Shown: positions 27,740 through 37,618 of the stretch, in pieces
How the letters are laid out: each line of letters begins with the position of its first letter
Position numbering within the stretch: position 1 is the stretch's first letter
IMG/VR virus record: IMGVR_UViG_3300027987_000212
Location: 96,001-160,000 of that record
Direction: 5' to 3' (one strand)
Source of the DNA: a virus
Length of the DNA: 64,000 nt
Program-made: the position numbers and the translations under genes
The notes under the pieces: model-generated
What the model was told of the DNA's origin: nothing
Database searches by the model: none
What the model saw: the letters and a program-made list of their open reading frames with translations, nothing else

Positions 27740-27926
27740 GCTGCAGCTCCTAGACCGCGCAGTCATGGACTACAACCGACCCAACGTACCCCTGAAAGAG
27801 TCCGGGCCCCGAAAGGGGCCCGAACAAGTACGGAGGGTGACTACGGCTGACGATGACGACTCCCCCGAAGAAGACTCCGAAGAGTTCGTCGAGGAAGCTC
27901 CACCAGTTTTCTGGTGGCAGAAGTAG
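27498..27926 (+). CDS. Hypothetical protein with acidic tail, overlapping the upstream gene
   Basis: GGAG SD 7 nt before ATG 27498. Helical core and DDDDSPEEDSEE tail. Confidence 0.5.
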   Translation: MGLQPLLPSKFPTLSELATEQTQDTPASKPKRLFDVYFGVNPAPLMQNLLACPQKYERGVAELLQRLTSGSASNSTLSETELQLLDRAVMDYNRPNVPLKESGPRKGPEQVRRVTTADDDDSPEEDSEEFVEEAPPVFWWQK

Positions 27927-27937
27927 CCTAGCACGCA

Positions 27938-28585
27938 TCAGTACTGCGGGTAGCCGTACTGATTGACCCCGTGAGCCAGCGGAGGGCGTCCGTGCCCGTA
28001 CACGGGTGTACTGGAGGGTACCATCATGTAGTCCCGCGCTGTCCGCGTCCCCTTGGCGGCGAGATACCCGGTCCCCAGCAGCGCTGCGCCACCGAGCAGC
28101 TTGGCCTTTGTCCCAAGTCCCACCAACGGCTTCTTGCCCGGCATGGACGCACGGACCCCCGCCTGCTGCATGGACTTGCCCGCGCTCCGCAACGCGCCGC
28201 CTAGCCCAGCCCCCGCCACATCCGGTGCCACGCCCGCCTGCTCTGCCGCTCGCAGCAGCCGCCCCGTGTTCCCGAGGCGTCCGACAGACCCCACTGCTTT
28301 GCCAGCACCCCGCAGCGCCGCGCCCAGACCACTTCCAACGATTCCAGCTTCCTTGGAATGCTCCGCAGCACCGCGCGCCAGCGCCTCACCAGTAACGTGC
28401 GCCGCCTCGAGAGACGCGACTTTGAGCGCATCGATGGTCTGCGCCATGCGCTGTGCTTGGTAGGCACGTTCGGCCTCAGCTCGCATCGCTGCGTCCTCCT
28501 GCACATCCTGGACGTGCGCAGCATCCTGCTGAAGATACGCCATCCCGCTCAAAGCAGCGAGGGCACGTAGTAGCTCAGGAGACAT
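27938..28585 (-). CDS. Putative internal virion protein (KxA sites plus Gly/Ala/Lys amphipathic region)
   Basis: LKVAS and SKEAG, followed by IVGSGLGAALRGAGKAVG... and LLGGAALLGTGYLAAK. Confidence 0.65.
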   Translation of the reverse strand: MSPELLRALAALSGMAYLQQDAAHVQDVQEDAAMRAEAERAYQAQRMAQTIDALKVASLEAAHVTGEALARGAAEHSKEAGIVGSGLGAALRGAGKAVGSVGRLGNTGRLLRAAEQAGVAPDVAGAGLGGALRSAGKSMQQAGVRASMPGKKPLVGLGTKAKLLGGAALLGTGYLAAKGTRTARDYMMVPSSTPVYGHGRPPLAHGVNQYGYPQY

Positions 28586-28591
28586 CCGCAG

Positions 28592-29170
28592 CTAGTATTG
28601 CACCGCGCCACCCCCAAGGGAAATCTTAGCCTTCTTGGGCGCGCTGTTGCTCTTGTGCGTCTTGGCTACCTTCTCTGCGGCAGCGTCGGACAAGGAGACC
28701 TCCACCTTCAGCTTACCGCGCTCGTCAGTCACCACTCGCGGGATGTCCTCGGCAACTTTGTCCACGGTTACAGCAGCCTTGTCCATGGCAGCTGCCAACC
28801 GTTCCATAGTCACAGTCGTGGTACTTAGCTGCTGCTTGAGCTCCTCAGCGTGACCTCGAGCAAGCTCCAACTCACCATGCATGCGCCCGGTAACCGAAAG
28901 CATCTGCTCCTGCCGAATCACCTGGTAGCCAATAACGAGGATGAGCATCGAGAATATGAGGAGGTTCACGCGGTACATACGCGCAAGCGACGTCCGTACG
29001 ACCTCTACCAAGCGGTGGCCTTCTGCCAAGCGCTCGTTGTGCGACTTCATGTGGCCAAGGATGTCAGTAAGTACCGGCACCAACGCCTGAAGCTGTGAGG
29101 CAGCTACGTTCAACTGCTCCTTCGTTTCTGTGATAGTTCGCGTGCGGATGCTGGGATTGCGCTCATTCAT
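28592..29170 (-). CDS. Single-TM coiled-coil protein (possible lysis accessory)
   Basis: TM LLIFSMLILVIGYQVI flanked by coiled coils. Confidence 0.6.
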   Translation of the reverse strand: MNERNPSIRTRTITETKEQLNVAASQLQALVPVLTDILGHMKSHNERLAEGHRLVEVVRTSLARMYRVNLLIFSMLILVIGYQVIRQEQMLSVTGRMHGELELARGHAEELKQQLSTTTVTMERLAAAMDKAAVTVDKVAEDIPRVVTDERGKLKVEVSLSDAAAEKVAKTHKSNSAPKKAKISLGGGAVQY

Positions 29171-29414
29171 CTGATGTCTCCACTCCGTCTTCTCGCACCG
29201 CCGCCAACGTGTCGAAACTCTCCGAGGTAGTGCGCAGTTCGTCTAGCAGCCGCTGTGGGGGTGCCTTCGGCATCAACGTTAGCAGACGCAGCCGAGCATC
29301 CTCCAGTTGCTGATTGACCTCGTCCGCTCTGGCCGCAACGCTGCTGTAGGACGCATTCGCCCTTTCAGCCCGTTCACTGCGGCCTACCAACCTTTGGAAG
29401 AAACGGATGAGCAT
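29163..29414 (-). CDS. Hypothetical protein
   Basis: GAGGGGAGG SD, operon packing. Confidence 0.65.
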   Translation of the reverse strand: MLIRFFQRLVGRSERAERANASYSSVAARADEVNQQLEDARLRLLTLMPKAPPQRLLDELRTTSESFDTLAAVREDGVETSDE

Positions 29415-29415
29415 G

Positions 29416-29817
29416 CTACCTCCCCTCAGTCGGTGGTGTGCTTACCGATACCTTCTGTATTCCCCTGGGTGGGCTGTGGCGTTGCTGGGCGAGTGTGGCT
29501 AGTAGTAGGTGGTCCAGCGTCGTCTTAACGCTTTGCAGCGCCGCCGTACCAGCGTTGTCCGACCTCTCCAGATTCGTCAGGGCAGCGGTGACATCGGCTA
29601 CGGTCTTCGACAAGTTCGTAGTAATGCGCTCGAGGCGCTGACCATCTGCCTCCTTGTCCGACACACGCTGGTCCTGCACCTGCATCAACTTACGTACGCA
29701 GATGATGTTCACCCCCAACGATAGGAGGAGTACGATACCTACGATACCGTACTCCACAAGAGAAAGGCCGGCTTGTTTGCCGACCTCTTCTATCGCCTTA
29801 GCCTGGAAAGCGAGCAC
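29416..29817 (-). CDS. Single-TM coiled-coil protein (possible holin-like)
   Basis: TM YGIVGIVLLLSLGVNIICV followed by heptads. Confidence 0.5.
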   Translation of the reverse strand: MLAFQAKAIEEVGKQAGLSLVEYGIVGIVLLLSLGVNIICVRKLMQVQDQRVSDKEADGQRLERITTNLSKTVADVTAALTNLERSDNAGTAALQSVKTTLDHLLLATLAQQRHSPPRGIQKVSVSTPPTEGR

Positions 29818-29819
29818 GG

Positions 29820-30206
29820 TTACCCTAGCACGTCCACACGTACCCTCGCGGCACCTGTACAGATGATGGACAGGGCGGTGATACCCGTTGCGGGGTTGGG
29901 GCTGGAGTACAGCAGAAAGCCGTTGGGAGCTAGCTCCACATCATCCGTTCCCCCGTTGAACCGTAGGTTGATGGGGGCGTCCGACGCAGTCTCCTGCTCG
30001 TACTGCACGAACAACGCCTTGGCCCCCGGAGACCCAACAGCCGCCAAGTCCACTACTGTCGTACCCGCTACGGTCAAGACGTACTTCTGGCTCACACGCT
30101 TCGTGAACGTTCCCGTAAGGGTCTCGGACACTGTCGCTTGCGGCATCCCCGAATCTGGGGGGAACTGCAGCGAAGCAAGCGCAGTGTAGGCTTCAGTTGC
30201 GGACAT
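29820..30206 (-). CDS. Small beta-rich putative structural protein
   Basis: Beta-sandwich composition, directly downstream of the tube gene. Confidence 0.6.
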   Translation of the reverse strand: MSATEAYTALASLQFPPDSGMPQATVSETLTGTFTKRVSQKYVLTVAGTTVVDLAAVGSPGAKALFVQYEQETASDAPINLRFNGGTDDVELAPNGFLLYSSPNPATGITALSIICTGAARVRVDVLG

Positions 30207-30218
30207 CAGGCACTCCTA

Positions 30219-30980
30219 TCACGAACCAGGGATACCGAGGAAGCTGTCTCCGACGTTGGCCCCACCTGCATTCGCCGCACTGCCGCTGATGAGCGCCAAC
30301 GAGCTGACGGCAACCGGCACCGCACGTTCGAACTGTAGGGCAACCTGCTCCTGAAGCAGTACCCCTTGGCTGTCCGTCTGTAGGGCGTGGTTCGGGACGT
30401 AGCAGGCCTCGAAGTAGCACGCGCCCAACGTGTCCCGGTTGATGTCGCGCATGTACATCATGCAGCCAATCGGCTGAGAGAACAGGTCCGACGCCAAGTT
30501 GACGAAGATGTTCTCGTACCCTGGAGGTACGACCACGTCGTGGGGGTTCGCGACCGACGCCGCGCCCGCATTGGGGAACATGGCTGGCACCACCGTCGGT
30601 GGGATGAGGTCTTGGTAGTACGCGTAGAGCACGCGCAAGAGCGATGCCCCGTGGTAGTAGACCCGGGCAAGGCCCAGCTGCCCCACGGTGCGCCCTGAGA
30701 TGAAGTAGGAACGCTCTGAACCGAGCTCGAAGATGCGCGAGAACTGCCGCGTGTGGTTGACGTTGAAGTTCTGTACGATGCCAATCGGGTAGACGATTTG
30801 GTTCGCAGTCTGCCCAGAGCCACTCACGGCCTGAGCAAAAGCTGCGGCGCCACCGATGTTCGCAATGCGGGGCGGGCCCGCCGCCAGCAACGTGTGTGCG
30901 GCATTCACGTACGCGCCGTCGACCATGCCGGCTTGCACGTAGCTTGTGTAGGGGGACCAGGTGCTGAACGTTCCAGACAT
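30219..30980 (-). CDS. Tail tube protein
   Basis: YPIGIVQNFNVNHTRQFSRIFELGSERSYFISGRTVGQLGLARV is a tube-like beta pattern; lies near the sheath gene. Confidence 0.7.
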   Translation of the reverse strand: MSGTFSTWSPYTSYVQAGMVDGAYVNAAHTLLAAGPPRIANIGGAAAFAQAVSGSGQTANQIVYPIGIVQNFNVNHTRQFSRIFELGSERSYFISGRTVGQLGLARVYYHGASLLRVLYAYYQDLIPPTVVPAMFPNAGAASVANPHDVVVPPGYENIFVNLASDLFSQPIGCMMYMRDINRDTLGACYFEACYVPNHALQTDSQGVLLQEQVALQFERAVPVAVSSLALISGSAANAGGANVGDSFLGIPGS

Positions 30981-30994
30981 GCGCTGATTCTACC

Positions 30995-31525
30995 TTACTG
31001 GCCCGCGTCGAGGCCGACAGAATTGGTTGTGGGTGGGGCAGTTGACGTTGAGGGGGTGCTGGGCACGGTCGGCGGCTTGGCTGCGTACGCCCCTCGACCC
31101 ACCGAGGGCAAGCTACCCGCGGAACGAGGTCGCATACCTGCGCCGCCCGTCGCTAGGGAAGGAGACTTGGGCGCCTGAAACACCGGGGAGCCGAAGGCCT
31201 CCTTGAACAGCCCGCCCATCGCCTCGTACAGCGCCAGACCGCCGCCCACGGTACTCCGTCGGCTCAGAGCGAAGTCAAGGAGACCCCCATCGGCGGCAGC
31301 GGCGACCTTTGCCCGCTGCAGCTCGGTGGGTACGTCCCGTACCTCGCCAGTCCCTGCGGCAATCTCGTCGAACGCAGCTCTCTGCGCCGCTGCTGCATGC
31401 TTCCGTACGCTAACTACCGTGGGCAACGGAGAGGTAGGACCTTTCGCCAACTGGCGGTCCCACTCCTTTGTCGAAACCCCTTCAGGTGGAGGGGGTTCGG
31501 CAAGTTTGCTCAACGGACGAAACAT
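30995..31525 (-). CDS. KxA-rich low-complexity protein between sheath and tube
   Basis: SKLAE, RKHAA, AKVAA and FKEAF. Confidence 0.6.
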   Translation of the reverse strand: MFRPLSKLAEPPPPEGVSTKEWDRQLAKGPTSPLPTVVSVRKHAAAAQRAAFDEIAAGTGEVRDVPTELQRAKVAAAADGGLLDFALSRRSTVGGGLALYEAMGGLFKEAFGSPVFQAPKSPSLATGGAGMRPRSAGSLPSVGRGAYAAKPPTVPSTPSTSTAPPTTNSVGLDAGQ

Positions 31526-31533
31526 GTCGGTGC

Positions 31534-34500
31534 TCAGATGACCAGCGTCAAACGCAGATAGTTGCAGGGGTAGGGTACTGCCAAGGTAACATCGATGAGG
31601 ACGCTATCCGGAGCATCCTCGTCCTGAATGATGTTGTTCGGGGAGAAGCCGGTGAGTACTCCCGCCTCAATCAAGAACCCGCCCACGCCATCGACCACCG
31701 TACCCACCGAGTCCAGGAACCCCTGGGTGATGTTGAAACGCCCGACGTATGACTTGACGGCTCTCCGCAGAACCTTCGCCGTGAAGTCCACCACTTTGGT
31801 GATGGAATCCGTACGCGTCTCGATGCTGGTAAGGTTGGTCGTCAAAGCGTGGCGACTGACGAGCGGCGCCGACGGGGCATCTTGCACGATGATGTAGGCA
31901 CCTCCGCCAGCCATGATGTTCATCTGACGTTCGCTGAAGCGGGTGTTGCTGCCGATGACCCGCGTGAACCCCGCCATCGGGAAGTTGGTGAACGACTGTT
32001 GCGGCGGCTGCGCCCCAATCAGGCCGGCGATGCCCGCGCACATGTAGAACCCCGGCAGTAGCGTCTCGAGTCCGTTGATGGTTGCTGCACACTGGTCCGG
32101 CACCGTCATCCACAGACGTCGACTACCGTAGGCCAGCCCCGTAGCTGCTACCGTCGAGGCCACTCCATTGTTGTCAGGCACACCCGTCGGAGAGAGCAGG
32201 GCTGCTCCCCGAACCTTGACGGAGAACGGCTCTTGAATGAGCGTACCGGTGAACGCCGTCGTCGAGTAGTACCCATCATCATTCTCCCCTGAGGCGAACG
32301 ACGTACGGATGGTGACGTTCGCGCCCGACAGTGCCGAGATGGAGTAACGCTTGGCATCGGAGCCGATGTCCAAGTACAGCCCCGCGCTCACCGGGATGGT
32401 GCCAACAGGGCTGATGCCCGCATTCAGCAGCAACGCCGCCATGTTGGCGATTTGCGTATTGAACACGGTCGTGCTGACCGAGTCTCCTGCAGCACCAGAA
32501 GCAACCAGCGTGTCCAACTTGGTAGTCGGGAATTCGAGGTTGACGATGGCCACACGCTCACCACGAGCTTCAGGCTCACTCATGGCTTCCGCATGCGCCT
32601 TCCACACTTGGTGCACCGTGGCATCATGCGTCAAGGGCGTGGTAGCGTAGACTTCCTGGCCCTCGAGGTACCCTGCGGCGCGCGTGAACGCGTCAGCCGT
32701 GCCGTAAGGCGCATCGCTACTGACCTCATCGACCCCGAGACCCGTAACTTGAATGCCGGGCCCATTCACCAGTGCGAAGAACAAGCCCAACGCAAGTGGG
32801 TTCGAGGAGTCGATTGGAGAAAGGGCCTCCTCGAGCTCAGTCGTGTTGTCGAAGATGAGTAGCCCGGGGTTCTTGGCGATGGCAGTCACATCCCGTCGAA
32901 CCGCCGTGTACGACACGTACATCGGAGCAGAAACATCGACGCGCGCCCCCCGTGTATCGCGCAGCTGCTCTGCCTTGAGTAGGGCCGCCCCCGCAGCCGT
33001 GATGACCAAGTCTGGGTCCGGCCGCCCCGTAGTAGGCAGATTCTTGGCGATGATGAAGAAGTCCCGACCATAGCCCAAGTCCAGCGCAAGCTGCTTGTCG
33101 AGCTTGAGGTTGGTGACCACTCCTCCGGGAGCCACTGCGGAGACATTGCCGACGTACACGCCGTCAATCCAGACTTCGTCGCCAGCTACCGGCTTGTTCG
33201 GCACACCGCGGTAGAACCCCGCAATCAGCGTCGGGGAAACGTTGGGGTCCAAGTTCGCCAGAGCCGTACCGCCCAAAATCTGAATGACCGAGTCCGTGCC
33301 AGTGTCCGAGTGCGTCAAACGCAGTGTGCTGCTACCGGCATCCGACGCCGTAATGCGCCCTCCTGCCGCGGTCCCTACCACCGCGTTGATTTGCGACAAG
33401 ATGTCGGCGAACGCAGCCACACCGGCGAACACGATGGTCTGCACTTGCTGGCCATCGGAGATGATGAGCGTCGCTCCGTCTGCGGGGTTGGTCGCGGGGT
33501 CCGTCGCAGTCACCACTGCCGCAGTCGGCGTCGCCGTGAAGTCCTCCCCCACGAACTTCAAAATGGGCGACAGGCTGTTGCCGTCGCCATCATCGATGAC
33601 CGCGATACTGACACCTGCGTAGACTCCGACGGTCAAGCCTAGCACCGACAACGCAGTACCACTGACGATTTCGATAGATGCATCAGACCCAACGTCATCG
33701 CTAGTCAGCACCAGCAAACCACCACCTGTCTGGCTAGCCACCAAGCCAGTCGTCTGTGCATCGATTTGCGACAAGACTGCGGCCGGGTTAGCCGGCGTCG
33801 CAAAGGTGACCGTTTGGTTCGCGCCACCCCCCACAGACAGCACGACGGTCAAGGTGTCGAGGTCGCCCGGCAGCGTAAGCGTCGCCAAGTCGACAGAGCC
33901 CGTGACCACGGCAGGGTCATCGACGGTGCCGTTGCGCAAGAACGCTGAGTCGCGCATCGCTTCTCTAATATCCGTGCCGCTACCGAGCGCGAAGAACACG
34001 CGGATGGAGTCCTGCTCGATGCCCAGCTCATCCAAGTTGCCTCGAGGGTCCGGGAATGCCGCTTGCGGAATCAGTACGTCGTACTGATTGTACGCGCCCA
34101 GCCCGGCATAGGTGTGGCCGATGCCGATGCCGAAGGCCGCCAAGACTGCAGGCGAGGTGGTCGCAGTGATGTAAATGCTCTGGAAGTCACCGACGCCAAC
34201 CGTGCGCAACTGCCACTGCGTAGTACCATCTCCGACCAACTCGGCCAGACCTGCAGTCACGCCAGCGGCCAAGAACGCGGCCTGAATCTGTGACACCACC
34301 GTCGAGGGAGTAAGTCCTCCACCGAGAGTATCACTGAACGTGACCGACACTTCTGTGCCGTTGTTGAACTGTACCGCCAAGACGAGTCCGTCCAAACCAC
34401 CGTACACTGGGGTTGGCGAACCGGAGGCAGCCTTTGCGACGAAGAACGCAGGTAGTTGAACCAGCGCGTCTGCATTCAGCAGCGACCCGCCAGCTCCGTC

Positions 34501-34635
34501 ACTCACACTCAGAGGTACTACTTGCTTCGCGACTCCCACCACATTCGGCATGAGTGACGGTGTGATTACCGTCGGCGTGACAGTGCGAAAGACTTGAACG
34601 ACCTGTACGCCAGGACGGGGAAGTTCACCAGCCAT
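31534..34635 (-). CDS. Tail sheath protein with inserted repeated beta domains
   Basis: N-terminal PRPGVQVVQVF. C-terminal RHALTT...TDSITKVVDFTAK...DEDAPDSVLIDVTLAVPYPCNYLRLTLVI sheath signature. Confidence 0.85.
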   Translation of the reverse strand: MAGELPRPGVQVVQVFRTVTPTVITPSLMPNVVGVAKQVVPLSVSDGAGGSLLNADALVQLPAFFVAKAASGSPTPVYGGLDGLVLAVQFNNGTEVSVTFSDTLGGGLTPSTVVSQIQAAFLAAGVTAGLAELVGDGTTQWQLRTVGVGDFQSIYITATTSPAVLAAFGIGIGHTYAGLGAYNQYDVLIPQAAFPDPRGNLDELGIEQDSIRVFFALGSGTDIREAMRDSAFLRNGTVDDPAVVTGSVDLATLTLPGDLDTLTVVLSVGGGANQTVTFATPANPAAVLSQIDAQTTGLVASQTGGGLLVLTSDDVGSDASIEIVSGTALSVLGLTVGVYAGVSIAVIDDGDGNSLSPILKFVGEDFTATPTAAVVTATDPATNPADGATLIISDGQQVQTIVFAGVAAFADILSQINAVVGTAAGGRITASDAGSSTLRLTHSDTGTDSVIQILGGTALANLDPNVSPTLIAGFYRGVPNKPVAGDEVWIDGVYVGNVSAVAPGGVVTNLKLDKQLALDLGYGRDFFIIAKNLPTTGRPDPDLVITAAGAALLKAEQLRDTRGARVDVSAPMYVSYTAVRRDVTAIAKNPGLLIFDNTTELEEALSPIDSSNPLALGLFFALVNGPGIQVTGLGVDEVSSDAPYGTADAFTRAAGYLEGQEVYATTPLTHDATVHQVWKAHAEAMSEPEARGERVAIVNLEFPTTKLDTLVASGAAGDSVSTTVFNTQIANMAALLLNAGISPVGTIPVSAGLYLDIGSDAKRYSISALSGANVTIRTSFASGENDDGYYSTTAFTGTLIQEPFSVKVRGAALLSPTGVPDNNGVASTVAATGLAYGSRRLWMTVPDQCAATINGLETLLPGFYMCAGIAGLIGAQPPQQSFTNFPMAGFTRVIGSNTRFSERQMNIMAGGGAYIIVQDAPSAPLVSRHALTTNLTSIETRTDSITKVVDFTAKVLRRAVKSYVGRFNITQGFLDSVGTVVDGVGGFLIEAGVLTGFSPNNIIQDEDAPDSVLIDVTLAVPYPCNYLRLTLVI

Positions 34636-34664
34636 GTAGAGAGATTCCTTTCACTGCTCTAGAG

Positions 34665-35657
34665 CTACGTACCTGATTCTTTCACGCAGGACCGAACTAA
34701 GGGAAGCGCCCTACCGCCCATGCTCGGCCCGCGCAACCCAGCTCTATGGGGGTACGGGAAACGAACTGTGACTCGTTGCGCAGGATTCAACGGATGCGGC
34801 TGCTTGGGAAGAAACACCTCCCTAGTACCGGCTGGGTCAGGTGTCGCCCCGTACACATCACTTGCTCCTGGCGCAAACGATGGAGGAAAGCAGTGCTCCT
34901 GATGTACTGGGTACTCGTGCGTTGCAGCCGCGGGCACACCCAGCGACTCAACGGTCTGAAGGTTGGTACTCAGCTGCGTGCGGATGTTCTGCACGATACG
35001 CTGACTCAGCGGTGTAGTGGCACTAGTCCGGTAGAACTGGTAAGGCACCCCCACGGAGGACACGTACCACTCATCACCCGAGTCTTGCTGAATGACGGCA
35101 CTAGCACTCGAGGGCGGAGAGACTTGTACGTTCTGCCCTATTTCGAAGAAGCCTCGCCGCAAGAATTCGTCTCGAAACAACCACACGTGCTCCGCAATCA
35201 CCCAAGCCAAGTTGTGAGCAACAATGTCGCTACGCGCACTGACGTTAACCGTGAGCGACCCTGGTACCAGTGATGAGCGCACCTGCCGCCCTGTACGGGG
35301 GTCGTAGTGCAGTAAGTCGCCGAGTCCCATCGAGTAGAACTGCACCGCGCCCATCGTGAGATTGATGGCTGGTCGCGCGTTAACAGACGCCACATTGATG
35401 GGATTCTCGTCTCGAATCACTATCTCGGTAGTCGTCTCATCCTCATCCCAGTGGTAGCAGCCCGGCGGCGCTGTCTGAAAGAGGCCCTGCAAGAACGAGA
35501 TGACGAGTACCCGTACATGCTGCAGCGGGGCGTACGCCATACTGCTTTCGGGGTAGCCGTCAGCTGGCGCTACCTCATGAACCCTGAATGGCACGTTGTA
35601 TCCTCCGCTGCTCTTCCTGCTTCCACAAAGAATACGCCAAACCAGAGGCCGTGCCAA
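34665..35657 (-). CDS. Putative tail completion/terminator protein (start probably about 35594 or 35540)
   Basis: Immediately upstream of the sheath. RPAINLTMG...GSLTVNVSARSDIVAHNLAWVIAEH. Confidence 0.55.
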   Translation of the reverse strand: MARPLVWRILCGSRKSSGGYNVPFRVHEVAPADGYPESSMAYAPLQHVRVLVISFLQGLFQTAPPGCYHWDEDETTTEIVIRDENPINVASVNARPAINLTMGAVQFYSMGLGDLLHYDPRTGRQVRSSLVPGSLTVNVSARSDIVAHNLAWVIAEHVWLFRDEFLRRGFFEIGQNVQVSPPSSASAVIQQDSGDEWYVSSVGVPYQFYRTSATTPLSQRIVQNIRTQLSTNLQTVESLGVPAAATHEYPVHQEHCFPPSFAPGASDVYGATPDPAGTREVFLPKQPHPLNPAQRVTVRFPYPHRAGLRGPSMGGRALPLVRSCVKESGT

Positions 35658-35904
35658 TCACAGGGGCGAGTGTCCGAGCTACCCGTGCCCCTCGAGCAGC
35701 TCCTTGCCCGGGGCTGACCTTGGAAATGAGGTGCCCCGCGCCGCGTCCGGCAGCAATGCCGGTACCAAATCCTAGCGTACCAAGTCCGATGTGCTTCAGC
35801 GCCGTCAAGTACCGACGTCCTTCGGCATCCTCACGCTCTTCTGCCGCCTTTTTCGAGAAAGCAGTTGAACGTTCAAAAAACTGAGCAAACGTAGCATGCT
35901 TCAC
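35575..35904 (-). CDS. Small glycine-zipper protein with KxA site
   Basis: SKKAA, then GLGTLGFGTGIAAGRGAG and VIGTASGLAYSL. Confidence 0.65.
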   Translation of the reverse strand: MKHATFAQFFERSTAFSKKAAEEREDAEGRRYLTALKHIGLGTLGFGTGIAAGRGAGHLISKVSPGQGAARGARVARTLAPVIGTASGLAYSLWKQEEQRRIQRAIQGS

Positions 35905-36809
35905 GACTTCACCTCAGGATAGCTAGTACTATACAACTGCAGTACCCCCGGGTACTCCTCATTGGTGAACGATACTAGTGAATGCGGGTTGCTGAAGTTA
36001 CGCGCAGGAGACAACCACAAGTCCTCAAGCGCTGCGCCGGGGTCTAGCGGGATGCGATACTCCATGTCGCTATTGGGAATCTTGTGTATCTGAAATTCCT
36101 GATGTAGCGGCGCACGCAGTTGCTCAGTGGCAGAACCCTGCACAACTCGCCACCTGACATTCTCCGGTTCGATGATGAGGTCTCCCGGCTTCAGCGGAGG
36201 CCAGTACCCCATCCGCCCCGTCGTATCACTTTGCTGGAGAGGCCCCACGCTAGTATGCTGCCGCGCCTTTGGACTTGGGTCTATGGATACCCAAGATTCG
36301 ATAGGGGTGTAGTAGCCTCGAAAGAACCCAGTATCGAAGCAGGACACGCACTGGGTCTTGGTACGTTTCTGCAGGGTCTTACTCCAGCAATCCTGGCATC
36401 TCGGACCAAACGTACGGACTGGCAGCACCCAACACCGTCGACCGATGAACTCCCGAAAGAGCAAGTTCATCTGCTTACGTATCTCAGTCGCGATGAGGTC
36501 CGCATCAGCACCACGGGAAGCGCCCTCTGAATCCACAGAAAGGCTGTCCCGTTTACGCGTGACACGAACCTTGTAGTACAGCTCGCGCAAGTCATGGTTA
36601 CCTGGGATAGCCCGGTCCACGAACATGTACTGGTCTTCTAGCGGTTGCGATACCTCGACGAAGGGCCCTTCTGGTCCTTCAGAGCGCAGTACACGAAACT
36701 GGTAGTCGAAAACTTCGCCCGTTGTGTCGTTCGTCTTCCACGACACCACGTTGAAGTCCACATCCAGTGAGCGTACTGCCAGCTCCGTGACACGCAGGGC
36801 CAGTGCCAT
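35901..36809 (-). CDS. Putative neck / head-closure protein
   Basis: Fn3-like N-terminus, RCQDC...CVSCFDTGF Zn motif, and LKPGDLIIE...RWRV beta-barrel. Neck position. Confidence 0.6.
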   Translation of the reverse strand: MALALRVTELAVRSLDVDFNVVSWKTNDTTGEVFDYQFRVLRSEGPEGPFVEVSQPLEDQYMFVDRAIPGNHDLRELYYKVRVTRKRDSLSVDSEGASRGADADLIATEIRKQMNLLFREFIGRRCWVLPVRTFGPRCQDCWSKTLQKRTKTQCVSCFDTGFFRGYYTPIESWVSIDPSPKARQHTSVGPLQQSDTTGRMGYWPPLKPGDLIIEPENVRWRVVQGSATEQLRAPLHQEFQIHKIPNSDMEYRIPLDPGAALEDLWLSPARNFSNPHSLVSFTNEEYPGVLQLYSTSYPEVKS

Positions 36810-36811
36810 GG

Positions 36812-37618
36812 TCAGCTCGTGGCACGCCCCGCGAGGAGCCCTGCACCGAGCCCAGCCGCCCCCGTAGCCACCGCAGGATGCTTGGCAGCGAACTGCAACG
36901 CTGAGCGGCCCGCAGTCTGCAGACCAGCACCCATACCTCCACGCTGGAAAGCGGCTGTGGTACGCCCAACTCCCTTCGCAAGAGTGCCTCCGGCGCCCTG
37001 CAGCCCTGTCTTTGCTGCACCCAACAGCCCCTTGGCTAGAGCCGCGGTAAAGGCCTCCTTGTGTTGAGCCTCCTTGACCGCCGCCGAAAAGCGCGCGCGG
37101 ACCTCCGCTTCCTTGTTACCCGCCTGTGGTTGCTGCGGGGGCGGAGGGGCAACTGAGGGGTCGGGAACGGTGACAGGCTCTTCGTCATCCTCGCCGCCTT
37201 CCTCGCCTTCCTCGTCCTCGGGCGCGCCGCCCTCCTCCAACGCAGCCAGCTCGAGTTCGAGCAGTTTGCGGCGCACGCACAAGTCATTACGCTGAAGGTC
37301 GCGTTTCTCCCAGTCATCGTGCTGCCGAAGCTGCTGTTCCTGCTGGCGACGCGCATGCCGCATAGCGTTCTCTTCCATGGTCAGCGCCAGCTCCTCTCGA
37401 GCAAGTGCGTACGCCTGGTCGAACAGCTCCGTACCCTTGAACTTCTCGAGCCATTCCGTATCTTCCCCGCCACCGTAGGCCAGCTTCTCCTGGCCCGTTG
37501 CCAACTCGTACAGAATGTCCTGCGGTAGCTGCGCCAACCGCGCGTTGAGGGTGGTACGTGCCTCCGCCAGCTTACATTGGCCGTAGGACGCTTCCAAGAA
37601 TTGGTCCAACATGGTCAC
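36812..37618 (-). CDS. Putative internal virion protein (KxA sites, C-terminal Gly-rich amphipathic/TM segment)
   Basis: CKLAE, EKLAY, NKEAE and VKEAQHKEAF, then TAALAKGLLGAAK...ATGAAGLGAGLLAG. Confidence 0.7.
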   Translation of the reverse strand: MTMLDQFLEASYGQCKLAEARTTLNARLAQLPQDILYELATGQEKLAYGGGEDTEWLEKFKGTELFDQAYALAREELALTMEENAMRHARRQQEQQLRQHDDWEKRDLQRNDLCVRRKLLELELAALEEGGAPEDEEGEEGGEDDEEPVTVPDPSVAPPPPQQPQAGNKEAEVRARFSAAVKEAQHKEAFTAALAKGLLGAAKTGLQGAGGTLAKGVGRTTAAFQRGGMGAGLQTAGRSALQFAAKHPAVATGAAGLGAGLLAGRATS

